63,920 bases of DNA, filler included, from Olpidium bornovanus S191 (GCA_017911155.1; 32 parts of 32 records of this genome joined end to end with filler, not necessarily neighbours in it); one strand, 5' to 3'. Positions 11,998 to 25,060 are shown, numbered from the whole stretch's first letter. The notes: generated by a model from the sequence alone, not told the origin. Numbers and translations are program-made.

Positions 11998-12515
11998 GGT
12001 TTCTTTCTTTCTTTCTTTTCTGTGTTTTCTTCCTTTTAGGCCGGAGCACGGGGGGGGCGGGGCGGTGGCCGGGTGGAAGGGGAAGAAGAAGAGAGAAAGA
12101 GAAAGAGAAAAAGAGTTGAGGAGAAGAAAGGGTTATAGGGCTAATTGGGGCGGGGGTNNNNNNNNNNNNNNNNNNNNNNNNNNNNNNNNNNNNNNNNNNN
12201 NTTAATTAATTAANNNNNNNNNNNNNNNNNNNNNNNNNNNNNNNNNNNNNNNNNNNNCATGGTGACTCCCTCATCGTACCGCCCTCATCGTCTGCATAGC
12301 ACACCCGGCTAAGCACGTCCGCCTTCAGTTTTCTTTTCCTTTTATTTGAACAACTTAACAAATGAATTCTTTGACATCAGCATCCCAACTGCGACTGGGC
12401 GTGCCTGCCGTGTCACTGTTGGCAAGCATTTCGAAAAGCGGTTGACAATCTGTCTCCACGACAAGATTCCTTCCGCACCTTCCGCACCTTCCGACCTTCT
12501 GCACCTGTAATCACC

Positions 12516-13348
12516 TAGGGGATTCGCGGGATATGCCGATTTGTGGGATTTACGGGATTTGCGAAATTCGCCTAATTGTTTTCTTTTTTGTGGAGGGGTG
12601 GTTCGCAGGATTCGCGTATTCCTTAGGGAAATTGAGAGTATAGAGGGATTTTCTGAATTGGGGGGATTCGGGATTTGCAATCGGCAGACCTTTTTTTGGG
12701 GGGGGGGAGGCGGGGGAAGAGGGAAAGAGGTTTCTGGGATCGGCGGAATTTTTGCAGCATTGGCATTATTGACGGGTTCCATTTCTATTTGCGGCATTTG
12801 CGCGGTTTGCTGGATTCTCCTTTTTTTGTTTTCTTTCCATTTATAGGATAATTGGGATTTACGTAATTTGCGGGATTCGATGGATTTGCGGGATTGGCAG
12901 TTGGCAAACCTTTTCTTTTTCTTTTTGTTTTGTGGGGGGGGAATAGATTTGCGAGTTATGATATGCAGAATTTTCCGTCGTCAGGCCTTGTCTTCTTTAT
13001 ATTTTTTGTTTTTTTTGGCGGGATTCGCCTGATTGTTGTTTTGTGAGCTTTGAGGAATATGCGGTATTTCTACGAGTCATCCATTTAAGAAATTTACAAA
13101 ATTCACAAAATTCTTTGGTTTCGCGGTCGGCCAACCTTTTTTTCTTTATCCTTTTTTCTTTTATTTTTTCTTTTTGTGGCATCCACAAAAATGCGGGATT
13201 TGTGCGGTTCACGGGATTTGTCGAATTCATGCGATTCGACATCGGCAAACCTACTTTTTTTGCAGGGAGAAAATCTGTCGGCACAACTTATTTTTTTTGC
13301 CTTGTTTCTTTTCTTCGTATTGTTTTCGGAGATTTGCGGGATTTACGG
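12516..13348. repeat. Clusters of a 9-bp motif (ATTT[G/A]CGGG) separated by poly-T tracts, beginning with TAGGGG; possible DNA-transposon end
   Basis: Motif clusters near 12520, 12665, 12850, 13190 and 13330, e.g. GGGATTTACGGGATTTGCG. No credible ORF. Confidence 0.65.
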
Positions 13349-13448
13349 NNNNNNNNNNNNNNNNNNNNNNNNNNNNNNNNNNNNNNNNNNNNTTAATTAA
13401 TTAANNNNNNNNNNNNNNNNNNNNNNNNNNNNNNNNNNNNNNNNNNNN

Positions 13449-13840
13449 CATGATGTTCTGCCGCGCGCTGGCGCCCGGGCTGAGGAAGGCGTGGTCGGCC
13501 GAGCCGAAGCTGATGCTGTCGCACACGTCCATCGGGTGGGGGAGGTTCTGCGCGGTGTTTTCGGCGCGATTTTCCAACACTTGCCGGAAAGAAGGGGGGG
13601 GTTGCGTATAAAAAAAAAAAAAAAAAAAAAAAAGTTAGGAAGGGCGTCGGGCAAGTGAGTAACGACCGTCCTTTCGTCTTCCCGGTGTTCCAAAAAAAAA
13701 GTTGTTTCTTTTTTTTTTTTCAGAATCCGCTGGTACTCACGAAGTGTGCTCTCCGAGCCCCCGGAACCCTGCGGCAAGGCCGCCGCCGCCGCACAGGCGG
13801 CGCCGAAGACGACGGCGGAGAGAACCCTGAAGAAATGCAT
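13449..13840 (-). CDS. Secreted protein precursor, 3'-partial
   Basis: Signal peptide MHFFRVLSAVVFGAACAAAAALP. An intron (GTGAGT...CTAAC...AAG) joins to LENRAENTAQNLPHPMDVCDSISFGSADHAFLSPG. Confidence 0.65.
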
Positions 13841-14466
13841 GATGCCCGCGAAGGGAAGGCTTTTCTCTTTTGGCTTTTTTTTTTTTTGGGCGGCCTGGGA
13901 AAGGATCGCGGGGGTGCTTCGTCAAGCGCGAATGGACTAATCGGCGGCGGTGCGGCGGTGGCGGTGGAGCAAACGTCGCGGTGGAGAAGACAAACGGCCG
14001 AGCTTTTTATACCCCGCTCTTTCCTTCTTTTCGGGGCGTCGTCGGACGGACGACGGGTTTTCGGACTGCGCCGTCGGACGGCCCCCCCCCCCCCGTTCCC
14101 GAGTCCCGCGCGGCCAAATTAGAGGAGGCGCGCGCGGCGCGGGGCCGGAATAAGGTTTTTTTTTGGGGGGGGGGGGTTTTAAAAAAAAAAAAACAAAACT
14201 TTCCTTTCGCATTGACGACATATTTCGGGCGCGCGCGGGGCGTTCTCTGCGTCGGCCGCGGTTCCGTCGCGCGGGCGACGCATTTTCGCGTCGGACGAGT
14301 TTTCGGGCGCGCGGCGGGCGGAGGGGAGAGCTGCGGGGCTGGGGGGCGGGGGGGTGTGGCGCCGAGGGGCGGAGGGAGGGCGGGGAGGAGGAGGGGCAGG
14401 CTATATTTGGACGCGTTTTCTTTTCCCGGCACGCGCGCGTTCTACAAAGGACAACATTCCAAAAAA

Positions 14467-14550
<84 letters not shown>

Positions 14551-14899
14551 AAAAAACAAAAAAAGAACGGAAGGGCGCCAAATATGCCCGGGCCGGCGCA
14601 TTTTTGCCCGCCGCCAGGCGAAACCGCACCTCGCCAATGCCGCCGCCCCTCCCAAAACTCGTTCCGCCCTCGGGGATCCCGGTCTCGCCCCCGTTCGCGG
14701 TCTTCGAACTTGGCCGACCACGTTTGCGGATGATCCCCCTCAAAGCGACGACCCCACCCCTTTTCCCCCGCTTTTTCCCAAGCGACAAAAAAAATCCATT
14801 TTGGTTTCTTTTTTTTTTGAGGTTTGCAAAAGCCGTCGGCCGCGCCCCGACAACTTCGGCACATGTGCCGCAAAATAAATCACAGCAGGCGAGCAAATG

Positions 14900-15053
14900 C
14901 AGGTTGGCTTTTTTTTCCGCGGGTGACACCGAGCGGTTGGTGCGACTTCAAGCCGGTGTCCTACGCTGGACCGTCGGAGGGCCTGCTCGATCGCACTGTA
15001 GGAGATCGTCTGCGTGTCGGTCGAACACGGGAAGTCGCACAATTTTTTTTTGT

Positions 15054-15092
<39 letters not shown>

Positions 15093-15738
15093 CGGGTGGG
15101 AGGTTGGTTAAGGTTAGATAACCCCGCGCGAGTCCCGACCCAAGCGCAGTTTCCAACCGAGCGATGATCACTTCCCGGACCCGTAGGTTTGTTATCCAAA
15201 ATTCTGGCCGGAAAATCGCCACGGAGATTCCCACGCAAACGGCGGTCCTTCCCGGGCTCCCGGGGCGAAGTGGGGAGGGGAGTGTGGGGGCCCCGCAGCG
15301 GGCCGGAAAAGTTGACGCTCCGCTGGCGCACGCCCCCCGCTGCCCCCCGGAAATATAAAAAAAAAGGAAAGGGGCCGCCCCCCAGTTTCCCCCTCGCCCA
15401 CATTTTGTTCGTCGCGCGAGTCGATTTGAATACACCGGTGGCAGTACAAAAAAAAAAAAAAAAAAGGAAAAATGGCGGCAAGAGCGTTTGAGCTAGGAGT
15501 CGGACAGGCCTGCCATACCCCGAAGAACATTTTGACCGCGCCGTGCCTCCGGCTTGCGTTCAGCGTGCTTCCCGCCTTTCTCTGCTGGATCCAAAACTTT
15601 CCCTTTAATCCCGCGGTTCGGGCCCCGCCCGCGAAAGCCGGGGCTCTCACTCCTCCATTTCCCGCGGGGCACAGCGTCGGTTTCGAACAGTGCCCGAAGG
15701 GGAAAACCCCGAACGGACGCAAGCGGAAAACAAAAAAG

Positions 15739-15789
<51 letters not shown>

Positions 15790-16100
15790 TAACACAGGCC
15801 TTCGGATCGTACGTTTTTGAACGACAGCGCGACGGCTCCGACTTCGGGAGTTTGCGGGCGCGGGTGACGTGTCTCGTTCGCAAATGTCGTTTAAACGACG
15901 GGGGATAGTAAAAGGAAAAAAAGGGAGGAAAAAAAAAAGAGGATAGGTAACGGTCGATTTGCGCATGGTTGCAGCGACTTACGATCAAGCGAAACGGGGC
16001 GCGCAATCATGCGACACTTGACAGCCCTTCTTATCTTTCGAACTTTTCGTGCTAGCGGAAATCCGGATTTTTCGGGGAGGACCACGGAGTTTCGCATCGC
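14900..16100 (-). CDS. Possible short exons of an unidentified gene
   Basis: Protein-like blocks between homopolymer introns (TDTQTISYSAIEQALRRSSVGHRLEV; AIFRPEFWITNLRVREVIIARLETALGSG). Splicing not resolved. Confidence 0.3.
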
Positions 16101-19051
16101 CTCCTTACGGGGAGTTCTAACGAAACANNNNNNNNNNNNNNNNNNNNNNNNNNNNNNNNNNNNNNNNNNNNTTAATTAATTAANNNNNNNNNNNNNNNNN
16201 NNNNNNNNNNNNNNNNNNNNNNNNNNNCCGCGCCGCCGGCGGGGCGCCGCGGGAAACCCGCCCGCTTTTCGAAAAACGCGGGGGAACCCCCTTTGCGGCC
16301 GTTCCCCCCCCCCCCCCCCCCGCCGGCTGACTGTCGGCAACACCCTCTCTTTCAAGCGCCGGAACTCTTTGCTCTGGCCGCGCGGACCTGCGACGCTAGC
16401 CCCCGGCCTCGGTTTCGGTCCGCCCGCCACGGCGCCCGGCGGGGCGCAGCTGGCCGCGGGTCGGGCGCCGCGGCCGGTGCTGTCGCAGCCGGTGTGTGAA
16501 CCGCGGAGCGGGCGCTTGCACGGGTCCGCACTTCGCCGCGGACGGCGAGCTGCCGTTCGCCACGCTGCGCCCGGCCGACGAGGGCGGCACCTCTCCGCTC
16601 TGGCGTCCGGACGCCTTGCCGCCGCGTCGAGCGGGTTCCCTCAACGTGCCGGGCCGCGCGTCCGGAACTTTTTATTTTTATTTTATTTTTTTTTTCCGCG
16701 CGTCCACGCACGGGTGCGAGCGACGACGAGCGCTCCCTCGCCGACACGGCGCCGCCGGTTTTGGAGTGCCGCCCTTTGCGCCGCCAATCAGCCTCGCCGC
16801 CGCGCGTGCGTGCGCGCCGGGCGACCCCGTGGAGAGCCCGCGCCAGGTCCCCGGCCTGCCGCCGCCCGCGCCAGCACGGCCCGCTCGGCCCCGAGCTTCG
16901 CGCGCGCCACAGACGTCCCGCGCTGCCTCGTCGGGCGACTGGCCCTTCACCCCCCTTTGTCGCCGTCCTGTACGGGCGACATCTGCTGCAAAGAGCTGCT
17001 CGCGAAAGTCGCAAGCGCGCACCAGGGCTGATTTTTATTTTTATTTTTTTGTTTTCCGCGCCCGACCCGGAGGCAGAGAAGCGGGGCGGGGGGGCTCTTG
17101 GTTATTTTTTTTTTTTGACGGCGCGCGGCGCGTTTTCGGGAGCGCGTTTCTGGTTTTTTTTTTTTTTGTATTTTTCGCTTTTTTAGCAAAAAACGGCCGT
17201 ACGTAATAATTCCTCACGCACGGACATCCCACAGACGCCGAAAACAAGAAAAAAAATAAAAGAAAAATAAAGCGCATGCAGCCGAAACCGTGGACGATAG
17301 GGTCCGCTTGAGCTACATGTGCATTCATTTAGGCTCTGGTTCTCCGGCCGGTCGCGTTTTTGGTTGCCTGGCCGCTCCTTCCTTGCGGCATCGCGCGGCG
17401 TGCGTGCAGGGGAAAAACGGGGTTTTTTGCGAGTTCNNNNNNNNNNNNNNNNNNNNNNNNNNNNNNNNNNNNNNNNNNNNTTAATTAATTAANNNNNNNN
17501 NNNNNNNNNNNNNNNNNNNNNNNNNNNNNNNNNNNNGAAACGCGAGGCCGTCGGGTCCTGTTTCCACGGGCGCCCGGTGTTGGAGTCAAGGGAGTTTACA
17601 TTTCGCGCTCGCTAGCCGACTGGGTTATAAATCTTGATGCTCTTATTCCATCGCATGCTTTTACTATCGCGAAAAGTCCGCCGGTCCCGGCCCGTACGAT
17701 TGCGGAAGTGACAATTTTTTAGGCGCTACTTCTGCCGTACGCCAAGCGCAGCCATTTTTCCGGATGGTATTCTTTGCTGTTTCGCCATAGCGACATACGT
17801 GGCAGAGCTTTCTCACACACGCACGCAGCCGATGGTGCGTCAAAAAGGAATCCACACTCGCACCGGACGCGACGTCGGAGCGTGCGGCAATGGCGGCCGG
17901 CTTGTTACTTTGCCGCGCCCGCCAGCCAACCCACTCCTGCCGGGGAGCCGTAACCGCGTGCTTGGTTACGGCGTCAGCGGGCACGCCTTAACATTCGTGG
18001 CAGGTTATCGTTAACAAAGGCGGCAGAGACGTCTGTCTTACCCACCCGACCCGTGTCGGCAAACTTCCCGGGCTGCCGCCCCTTCTGGAGGTCGGGCTAT
18101 GAGCTCAACATGGAGACAGCGGCCGAGCTCTGTTGTACAGTCCATGCCATGAGGTGCCCAGCTGAAGTGAGGGGCAGGGGCTGTTGAGAGCGGCGTTGCA
18201 TGGTGAGCCAAGCAAACCAGTGTAAGCGACGCCCCCAAGCCTTCCGCCACCGAAATCTCTGCCGGAGACTCGCGCGTGAGCGCTGACCGGTGGCCAACTA
18301 ATCGCGGGCGGATTGGAAGGTCGGCGCACAGCAGGAGAATAACACTTACAGCTTTGCCAGCGCCGGGCGTCAGGACAGCGCGCCCTCAACGAACTGCATC
18401 AGGACGATCACGCGGGGGGCGGCGGCGGCGGCCGGGTTGTGCGGACGGGCAGGAACGCGCCAAACGCCCGCCACAGATTCCCACCGCAAGAACAAAACTC
18501 GGCCGCCTCAGAACGGCGTACGGCGGGCGCGGCGTGATACTCGTTCGCCCGATTTCGAATGCTTTAAGTGCGCGGACGCTGGCTCTCGTCTCCTGGGAGC
18601 AACGACCCTTCCAGTCTGACCAGCAGGCCACCTGGGCGCAGTAAATAGTTACCGTAGTACTGGAATCTTATTTGATATATATGTATATCGTATGATATTC
18701 TATTTCGAACGTACTAGAATGTATTGCCAAGTTCCTTTATTATATAATAAGTGCCGAGAAGCCCGGGAGCCGCGAAGATGCGGCTGCATTCTTCGCGGCG
18801 GCCAACTCGCGGCACTCTTGTTGGCCGGCAGCGGACGGCCAACCGTGGCGCGAATAGGACGTGACGCGCTGGTGGAAGCGGCAAGCGGGGAAGCGGCAAG
18901 AGAGCTCCTGCGAGCGGCTACTGACGACTGCGGCGAAAGGAGTCCACTGAACTAAACCATGGTGCAATAGGAATACTTCATTGGTTGCGACACCACCGAT
19001 GAAATCGGCAGAAACAAGGTCTGGAAAAAACCAATGCTGTAGACCAACGGA

Positions 19052-19437
19052 TCACACAGAGGTGAAGTTACCTTTTTACTTTTTGAGGATCTATTGACTA
19101 CAAGTGTCTAGGCCTTTGCATGGGCTATGCTTGGTGCGCTGGTAGTTTGGAGGCTTGCAGCATCCTGTGTATTGGTTCAGCCATTCATAAAGTATAACTG
19201 CAGAGTGTACTTCAAAAATCATTCCATGCAGAGCGTGTGACCAGCGGGTCACACAGAGGTGAAGTTGGCTTTTTTACTTGTTGAGGATCTATTGACAACA
19301 TATGTCTAGGCCTTTGCATGGGCTATGCTTGGTGCACTGGTAGCTTGGAAGCTCGCAGCATTCTGTGTAATGGTTCAGCCACTCACAATGTATAACTGCA
19401 GAGTGTACTTTAAAAATCATTTCAGGCAGAGCGGGTG
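19052..19437. repeat. Diverged tandem repeat, 2 x ~197 bp, CpG-poor
   Basis: TCACACAGAGGTGAAGTT...TCTAGGCCTTTGCATGGGCTATGCTTGGTGC...TATAACTGCAGAGTGTACTT starts at 19052 and 19249. Confidence 0.92.
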
Positions 19438-19832
19438 AATTTCTAGTTACATCATCTCACCGGACGTGTGGGACACACACACAACATGCAATGTGATGTC
19501 ACCCCCGTCAGAGCAAGATCCACCATTTCACCAGCAGCATGAAGACGATTGCTCCGGCCACCACAACGACGGTGCCGAGCATCACGACGAGGGCGTTCGC
19601 CGGCTTGGACAAGCATGCCCTCGCTGCAGCGAGTGCGAGGTGCTCTCGCCACCTCGGCGGCTTCCCCCATTGCTCTTCCAGGTTCCGCAAGCCGGCGACT
19701 CCGGCTCCGATTTGCGACCAGCTCCGTCCCCCNNNNNNNNNNNNNNNNNNNNNNNNNNNNNNNNNNNNNNNNNNNNTTAATTAATTAANNNNNNNNNNNN
19801 NNNNNNNNNNNNNNNNNNNNNNNNNNNNNNNN

Positions 19833-20861
19833 AATGTCGAGTTGGACTAAAAAATCGCGGCGACGGACGCCACGTCCCAAAGAAGACCAATTTACAAACA
19901 TAGATTCTCTCACCTCTATTGGCGCACCGACGGCACCGGCTTGGCCGAGCATGCCTACGAAGCGGACGAATCATTTCAATTGAACATCCACCTTCCGTCG
20001 CCGACGCACGGCATGGGGTCTGAAGGTTGCAGCGCGTATGTCGCGCCAAATTGAAATACCGCTTGTGCCCTCACCTTCAGTGATCTCAAACAGTATCTTG
20101 TTGACCTCCGTGTCAGCTTCTTCCTCGATTTCGTCGTCCTCCAATCCTTCCAAGGTATCCTCAATCATTTCTTCCATGATGCCCGCCTGCGTAGTTGAAC
20201 AGGAAGGCCTGCCGTCAACGGGATTGGCACCGTATGAGCCAATGGAGACGACGCCAAAATTCTTCTGTGCCCAAACAACGCGAACCCAGCCGACCTTCAT
20301 CATCTCCGCAGACATCTGCTGCATTGCTACTGATATTTCCGGGAGCTTTATGAGCTGGTTGACCGTCTTCATCACGGCCGTGCTCTTCTGCAGCGAGCCG
20401 GCAACCTTCATTGTCGCTTAGAGAGGCAGGAGGCGGGCGTCGGCAGCCCCGCCGGGGCAGACGATAAATTTAGGCGCCCAGCGGACGCGTTACGTCCTTC
20501 TCGGTCCAAAGTCCGAATCCGCGTGCTGCGGGCCCTGCCCCCCACCGCGCGGCCAGGAGTGGTCTCCCCTCCGGCACACGCAGTTGCGCGGGGAGGAAGG
20601 GGCAACGGCCGCAAACGCACCCAGCTGGTTCTGCAGCTGCATGCTGACGCTGTTGAGCTGAGCCTTGCTGGTGTGGAGCCGGTCCTTGTGTCTTCGAGTG
20701 TGGAGTAGCTCCTTGGCCAGCGTCCTGCACGCGCCTGTGTCGCCCTTCTTCGCGACCTGCTTCAGCATCTTTTTGGCCTTAAGCTCCTCCTGGTCGATGG
20801 TCCTGATCTGCCGGTCGAGCGTCCGCTCCTCCGCGCGGATGCTCTGCCGCCATTTACGCAC
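19833..20861 (-). CDS. VPS24: ESCRT-III subunit Vps24/CHMP3, partial
   Basis: [22 protein letters not shown]...[11 protein letters not shown]|[28 protein letters not shown]...MMK|[13 protein letters not shown]...[10 protein letters not shown], with GT-AG introns. Confidence 0.96.
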
Positions 20862-20874
20862 CTGGTTCCGAGGC

Positions 20875-20921
<47 letters not shown>

Positions 20922-21528
20922 CCCGGGGGGGGGGGGGGGGGGGGGGGGGNNNNNNNNNNNNNNNNNNNNNNNNNNNNNNNNNNNNNNNNNNNNTTAATTA
21001 ATTAANNNNNNNNNNNNNNNNNNNNNNNNNNNNNNNNNNNNNNNNNNNNCCCCCACGGCTTCTTCACCGCGCGGACCGGCGAGCACCTTCGCAGCGGGAT
21101 TACTCTGCCGCGGACGCACCCGGCCGAGCAGGCGCTGCCGCCTGCCCTAGAGGGGCCCTCACCGCCATGACAAACCCATGCCGAGGCATCCGCCTCGTGA
21201 GGCGGGAGGAATCGATGATCTGGCGCCTGGATGGCGTTGAAGTCGTGCACTGCCCAATTGGCATAGTATTTTTGATGTAAAGAGAAATTCACTAAAAAAA
21301 ACAGAAGAAATGCCAAGACAAAATAAAAAGGGGAAAAAACTGACTTTTTTTTGCACTCCGGCCGTTTTTTTTTCGGGGGCAAACACTCATACGATCCCGA
21401 TGAAAACCGAAAAAATGTGATCCCCGCAGCGTTTTATTTAACTACTTCGTGTTTTTATCTTCTTTCCCTCAATCCGCAGGGGTCGCCCCACGGTTTCCGC
21501 CGAAAAACGATATATATTTTTTTCTCAT

Positions 21529-24054
21529 TCAAGCCGCGGTGAGCCGTTTCCCCTCCGGCGGCCAGTCCCGCACGGCCTTCCAGTGTATGAGGCTGGCGAC
21601 GTTGTCGGGCGTGTCGTACTTGACGCAGTGCAAGAAGCGGGCCATCTCCGCGTTCGCGCGGGCGATGCCCATCTGCACCTGGGCGGTGCCGCCGTTCCCC
21701 GCGCCGCTGGCGGGCCTCGGTTCCGCCGCCGCCGCCCCCGCCGCCGGCTTCCACTCCTCGGCATCGCCCCCGCGCCGCCCGGACCCGGAAAGGATGGCGA
21801 AGTGGCGGTCGAAGCACTCGATGGCCAGGGCGTACTCGCCGATCCGGTTATAGATCACGCCCAGCCGGCTGCAGGCGCGCGCCCTGCCTGCCGCGTTGCC
21901 GCCGCCGCCGCCGCCGCCGCCGGTCTCGGCGAGCGACAGGAGCCGGTTCAGGTGCTCGATGGCCGCCTTCGTGTCGCCCGACCTGAAAGCGGGGGGAATC
22001 GAGTGCGGGACCAACCCAACGAGAAAAAAAAGAATCGGTTGTTTGGGAGTGAGAGCTCTGGCGCCCGGAGCCGCCCCCGGAGGGGTGAGCAAGGGGAAAA
22101 CCCCACAGGAAGTTGGCAAAAAAAAAGGCCCGAATATTGTACGCGCTGGTTTTTTTTTTCAGAAGCCGCGTGCGCTCGCGCGGCAAGCTCCGCGCGCGCC
22201 CCAAATTAAAAATAAATAAATAAATAAATAAACAAAAGAAAAAACTCACGTCTCGTAACATTCCGCCAACGCGGCTTCGGCTATCCCCTGGTTCTCCGCG
22301 TCCCCGAGCGCCGCCGACGAATCGGCGAACGCTGCAAAGCACTTTTTTTTGCGGGTTTAATGGAAAAGAAAAATGCGAGCGGTGCGAAAAAAAAAAAAAA
22401 ATAATTGCAAGGTCGTCACAAGACCTCAAGGAAGCGTTCGCACTAGAAACATTTGAAAGCCCCTCTCCCCCCGAACCTCGACCGCCTCGTCGATTTTTCC
22501 GAGTTGCTGGTACGCTTTGCCCATCCGGAAATTGGCCTGCTGGATCATTCTCGTGTCGTCCGGAGAGGAGCCCGCCTGCGTGATTGCCAGGCAGCCGCGG
22601 TAGTGGTCGAGCGCTTGGTCCGCAAACCCTTCCGCCTCCAGCTGAGAAAGGGAAGAGCCGTTGCGGGCTTCAGCTGGCGCGTGTGATGCTGGTGGGTTGC
22701 GATCCATAAGGGGAAAAAAAAACAACCCCCCCCCCCCCCCCCCCGCCCCCCACTCGACCAAATGGAGACGAACCCCTTCTGCAATTTTGAACCGCACGCC
22801 GACAATCATCTTCGCCGCCCTTTTCGCCTCCTGCGAGTTGCACGTCCGCATCGCGAGGTCTCTGCTTTCCTCCAGATGCCGCAGCGCGTCCTTCAGTTTA
22901 CCTAACGTAACAGAAAATCCGCGTTTATCAACCCGCGCAATTCCAACCGTTGCGCATAACGGGAAAACCAAAAAAAAAAAAAAAAATAAAAAAAAAATAA
23001 AAAAGAAAAAAATAAAAAAAATAAAAAAAGAAAAATAAAAAAGTTTCATCAGGGGGATCTTGCCTTGCTTCTGTAGAGCCGATCCAAGCCGGATCGCCGC
23101 ATTGATCTCGGCGGCGTGCGCGTCCGACAGCTTGCGCGCCATGTCGAGGCCGACGAGGTAGTGCTCCACGGCATATTCCAGCTCGCGGGTGGCCTCAAAC
23201 CGGGCGCCAAGCTCCGCTTCCGTGGCGTAAATGGAATATGCATCACCTAAGGGGTGGAAAAACAAAAAAAAAAAAAAAAAAAACAAAAAATTTCGTCAGA
23301 CTCGGGAAAGTCTGGAACACAAACGTTCGGGGTCCCCTGCATCATTTTTTCCCCTTTCCTAAAGAAAAAAACAATTTTTTCCGGCCGCTCCGTTTGCGAT
23401 TTGAAATTCGTACCGCACCGGTGAGCATCCTCCCTGGTTATCAGCAGCTGCTTGAAATCCTCCAGCGTCTTCGCCGTGAATTCCCTGACGAAGCCGAACC
23501 GGTCTCCGGCCGCCGCGTCGCCGACGTCCATGGCCCTCTCCCGCGCGAGGTCCGCCTCCGCCATGCGCTGCTCCTCGCTCTTCTCGACCTCCACCACCGC
23601 GCACTCCTCAAACGCCGGCGGGCGGACCGCGGGCTCTCTGGATATCGCCGGCTTCTCTTTCGCACCGCCGCCGCCGCCGCCCGGCGGATCCGCCGGCGCC
23701 GCCGTTCCGGTTTTGTTCGCCGGCGTCGGGGACGCCGACCGCGGCCGGATCGGCTGGTGCGTCAGGTTGAAGAATTTGGAGAACGACCGGACGTGGCCCT
23801 GCACCAGCAGGTCCAGGCATTTCGACTGCACGACGGAGATGCGGCTTCTGTGTGATGGGCTTTGTGCCGGGGTACGGCGTTATTAGGCCGAGAGACCAAA
23901 AAAAAATATGCTTAAGTACGAGGGTGACTAAAGACCGATGCGGCCGCAAAGTGCTTGTTCTGCACCTTTCTGGTCTGGGTATGTCGATCTCCGACAGCAT
24001 CGTCGCGGCCAGCTGGTCTATGGGAATCGCCCCGCCGGGTATCTCGACCGGCAT
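21529..24054 (-). CDS. TTC29: TPR protein TTC29-like (flagellar), multi-exon
   Basis: CLDLLVQGHVRSFSKFF near the N-terminus, TPR helices (ARACSRLGVIYNRIGEYALAIECFDRHF) and C-terminal AQVQMGIARAN...SLIHWKAVR, matching the TTC29 layout. The N-terminal boundary is uncertain. Confidence 0.8.
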
Positions 24055-24639
24055 CGCGCGTCGGACGACTTATTCGGATTCCAAATCAACAGCGGTGGTC
24101 GGCACAAGGTGGATAGTGATCTGCAGGAATGCACTGCTTTGCCCGAAAGTAGCCTGGCCGGGGGGTGTTGGATCGGGTGTGCTCGACTTAATTCAGAAGG
24201 GCTCTTCTCTTTCACACTTTTTCCCTCTCCGTTCTGGCGTGTTTCCAGGACGGCGTGGTGATCGCGCAAACCTCACGCTCTCCCTGACAGCCCTTCTTCT
24301 CTCTGCGGTTGCTTCGGAAATATATACGTATGCATGTCTCCAGATATGTCGCCCAAAAGCGGTAGACGCCAAATACTGCGACGCGTGCGACTCGTGGGAA
24401 AACCAAAAAAAAAAAAAAAAAAAAGAGGAAAAAGAAAAAAATGGTTTGACAGGNNNNNNNNNNNNNNNNNNNNNNNNNNNNNNNNNNNNNNNNNNNNTTA
24501 ATTAATTAANNNNNNNNNNNNNNNNNNNNNNNNNNNNNNNNNNNNNNNNNNNNCATGCCGCACGCCACGAATCCCCCTAGCTGGATATTTCTTCTCCTTT
24601 CTTCTCTCCTCCTCCCATATTTCTTCGGTTTCACTCCCC

Positions 24640-25060
24640 GCAACGTAGGTTCTTAATCATCCGCGCGAAACCGCGGGGCCTCAGGCAAAGGCAAAAAACG
24701 GCCGCGACAAGCCTGACCAACAGGCGCGATTGAAGCAGCGGAAGCCTCCTGCTTGCGAGTATTACCTTGGTCAGCAACATTATTCCTGTGACTACCCGAC
24801 TTTCAGGGCCTTCAGGGAGCAACACGCTGGCGGGCACAAGTGCCGCTGCTCCTAGAAAGGGCGGCGAACACAAGGCTAATGATGATATTCGTCGCGCCGT
24901 GCGCGTTATGTCTTCGATCGACCTGAACCCACTGACATGTATAGACTCCGGCGCCACAAACCACTACTATTTATCAAATACAAGAAGGGCAAGAAGCCCA
25001 TTTACCTCGCTGACGACGGTATTACTCATGATGATGGCGACAGATGGTGCCAGCGTGCGT
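24640..25060 (+). mobile_element. Ty1/copia Gag-end/aspartic protease relic, frameshifted
   Basis: CIDSGATNHY (copia DSGA protease motif), then FIKYKKGKKPIYLADDG in another frame. Confidence 0.8.

Noticed and set aside
13937-15966. Long ORFs with poly-Lys, poly-Phe, poly-Gly or poly-Pro runs
   Set aside because: They are translations of intronic homopolymers. GC-rich DNA also produces many spurious overlapping ORFs throughout the window.
17970-18200. DIRS/Ngaro-like RT relic on the minus strand (GKTDVSAAF)
   Set aside because: Only one loose motif; the spacing is wrong and no convincing LPFG or YLDD follows.
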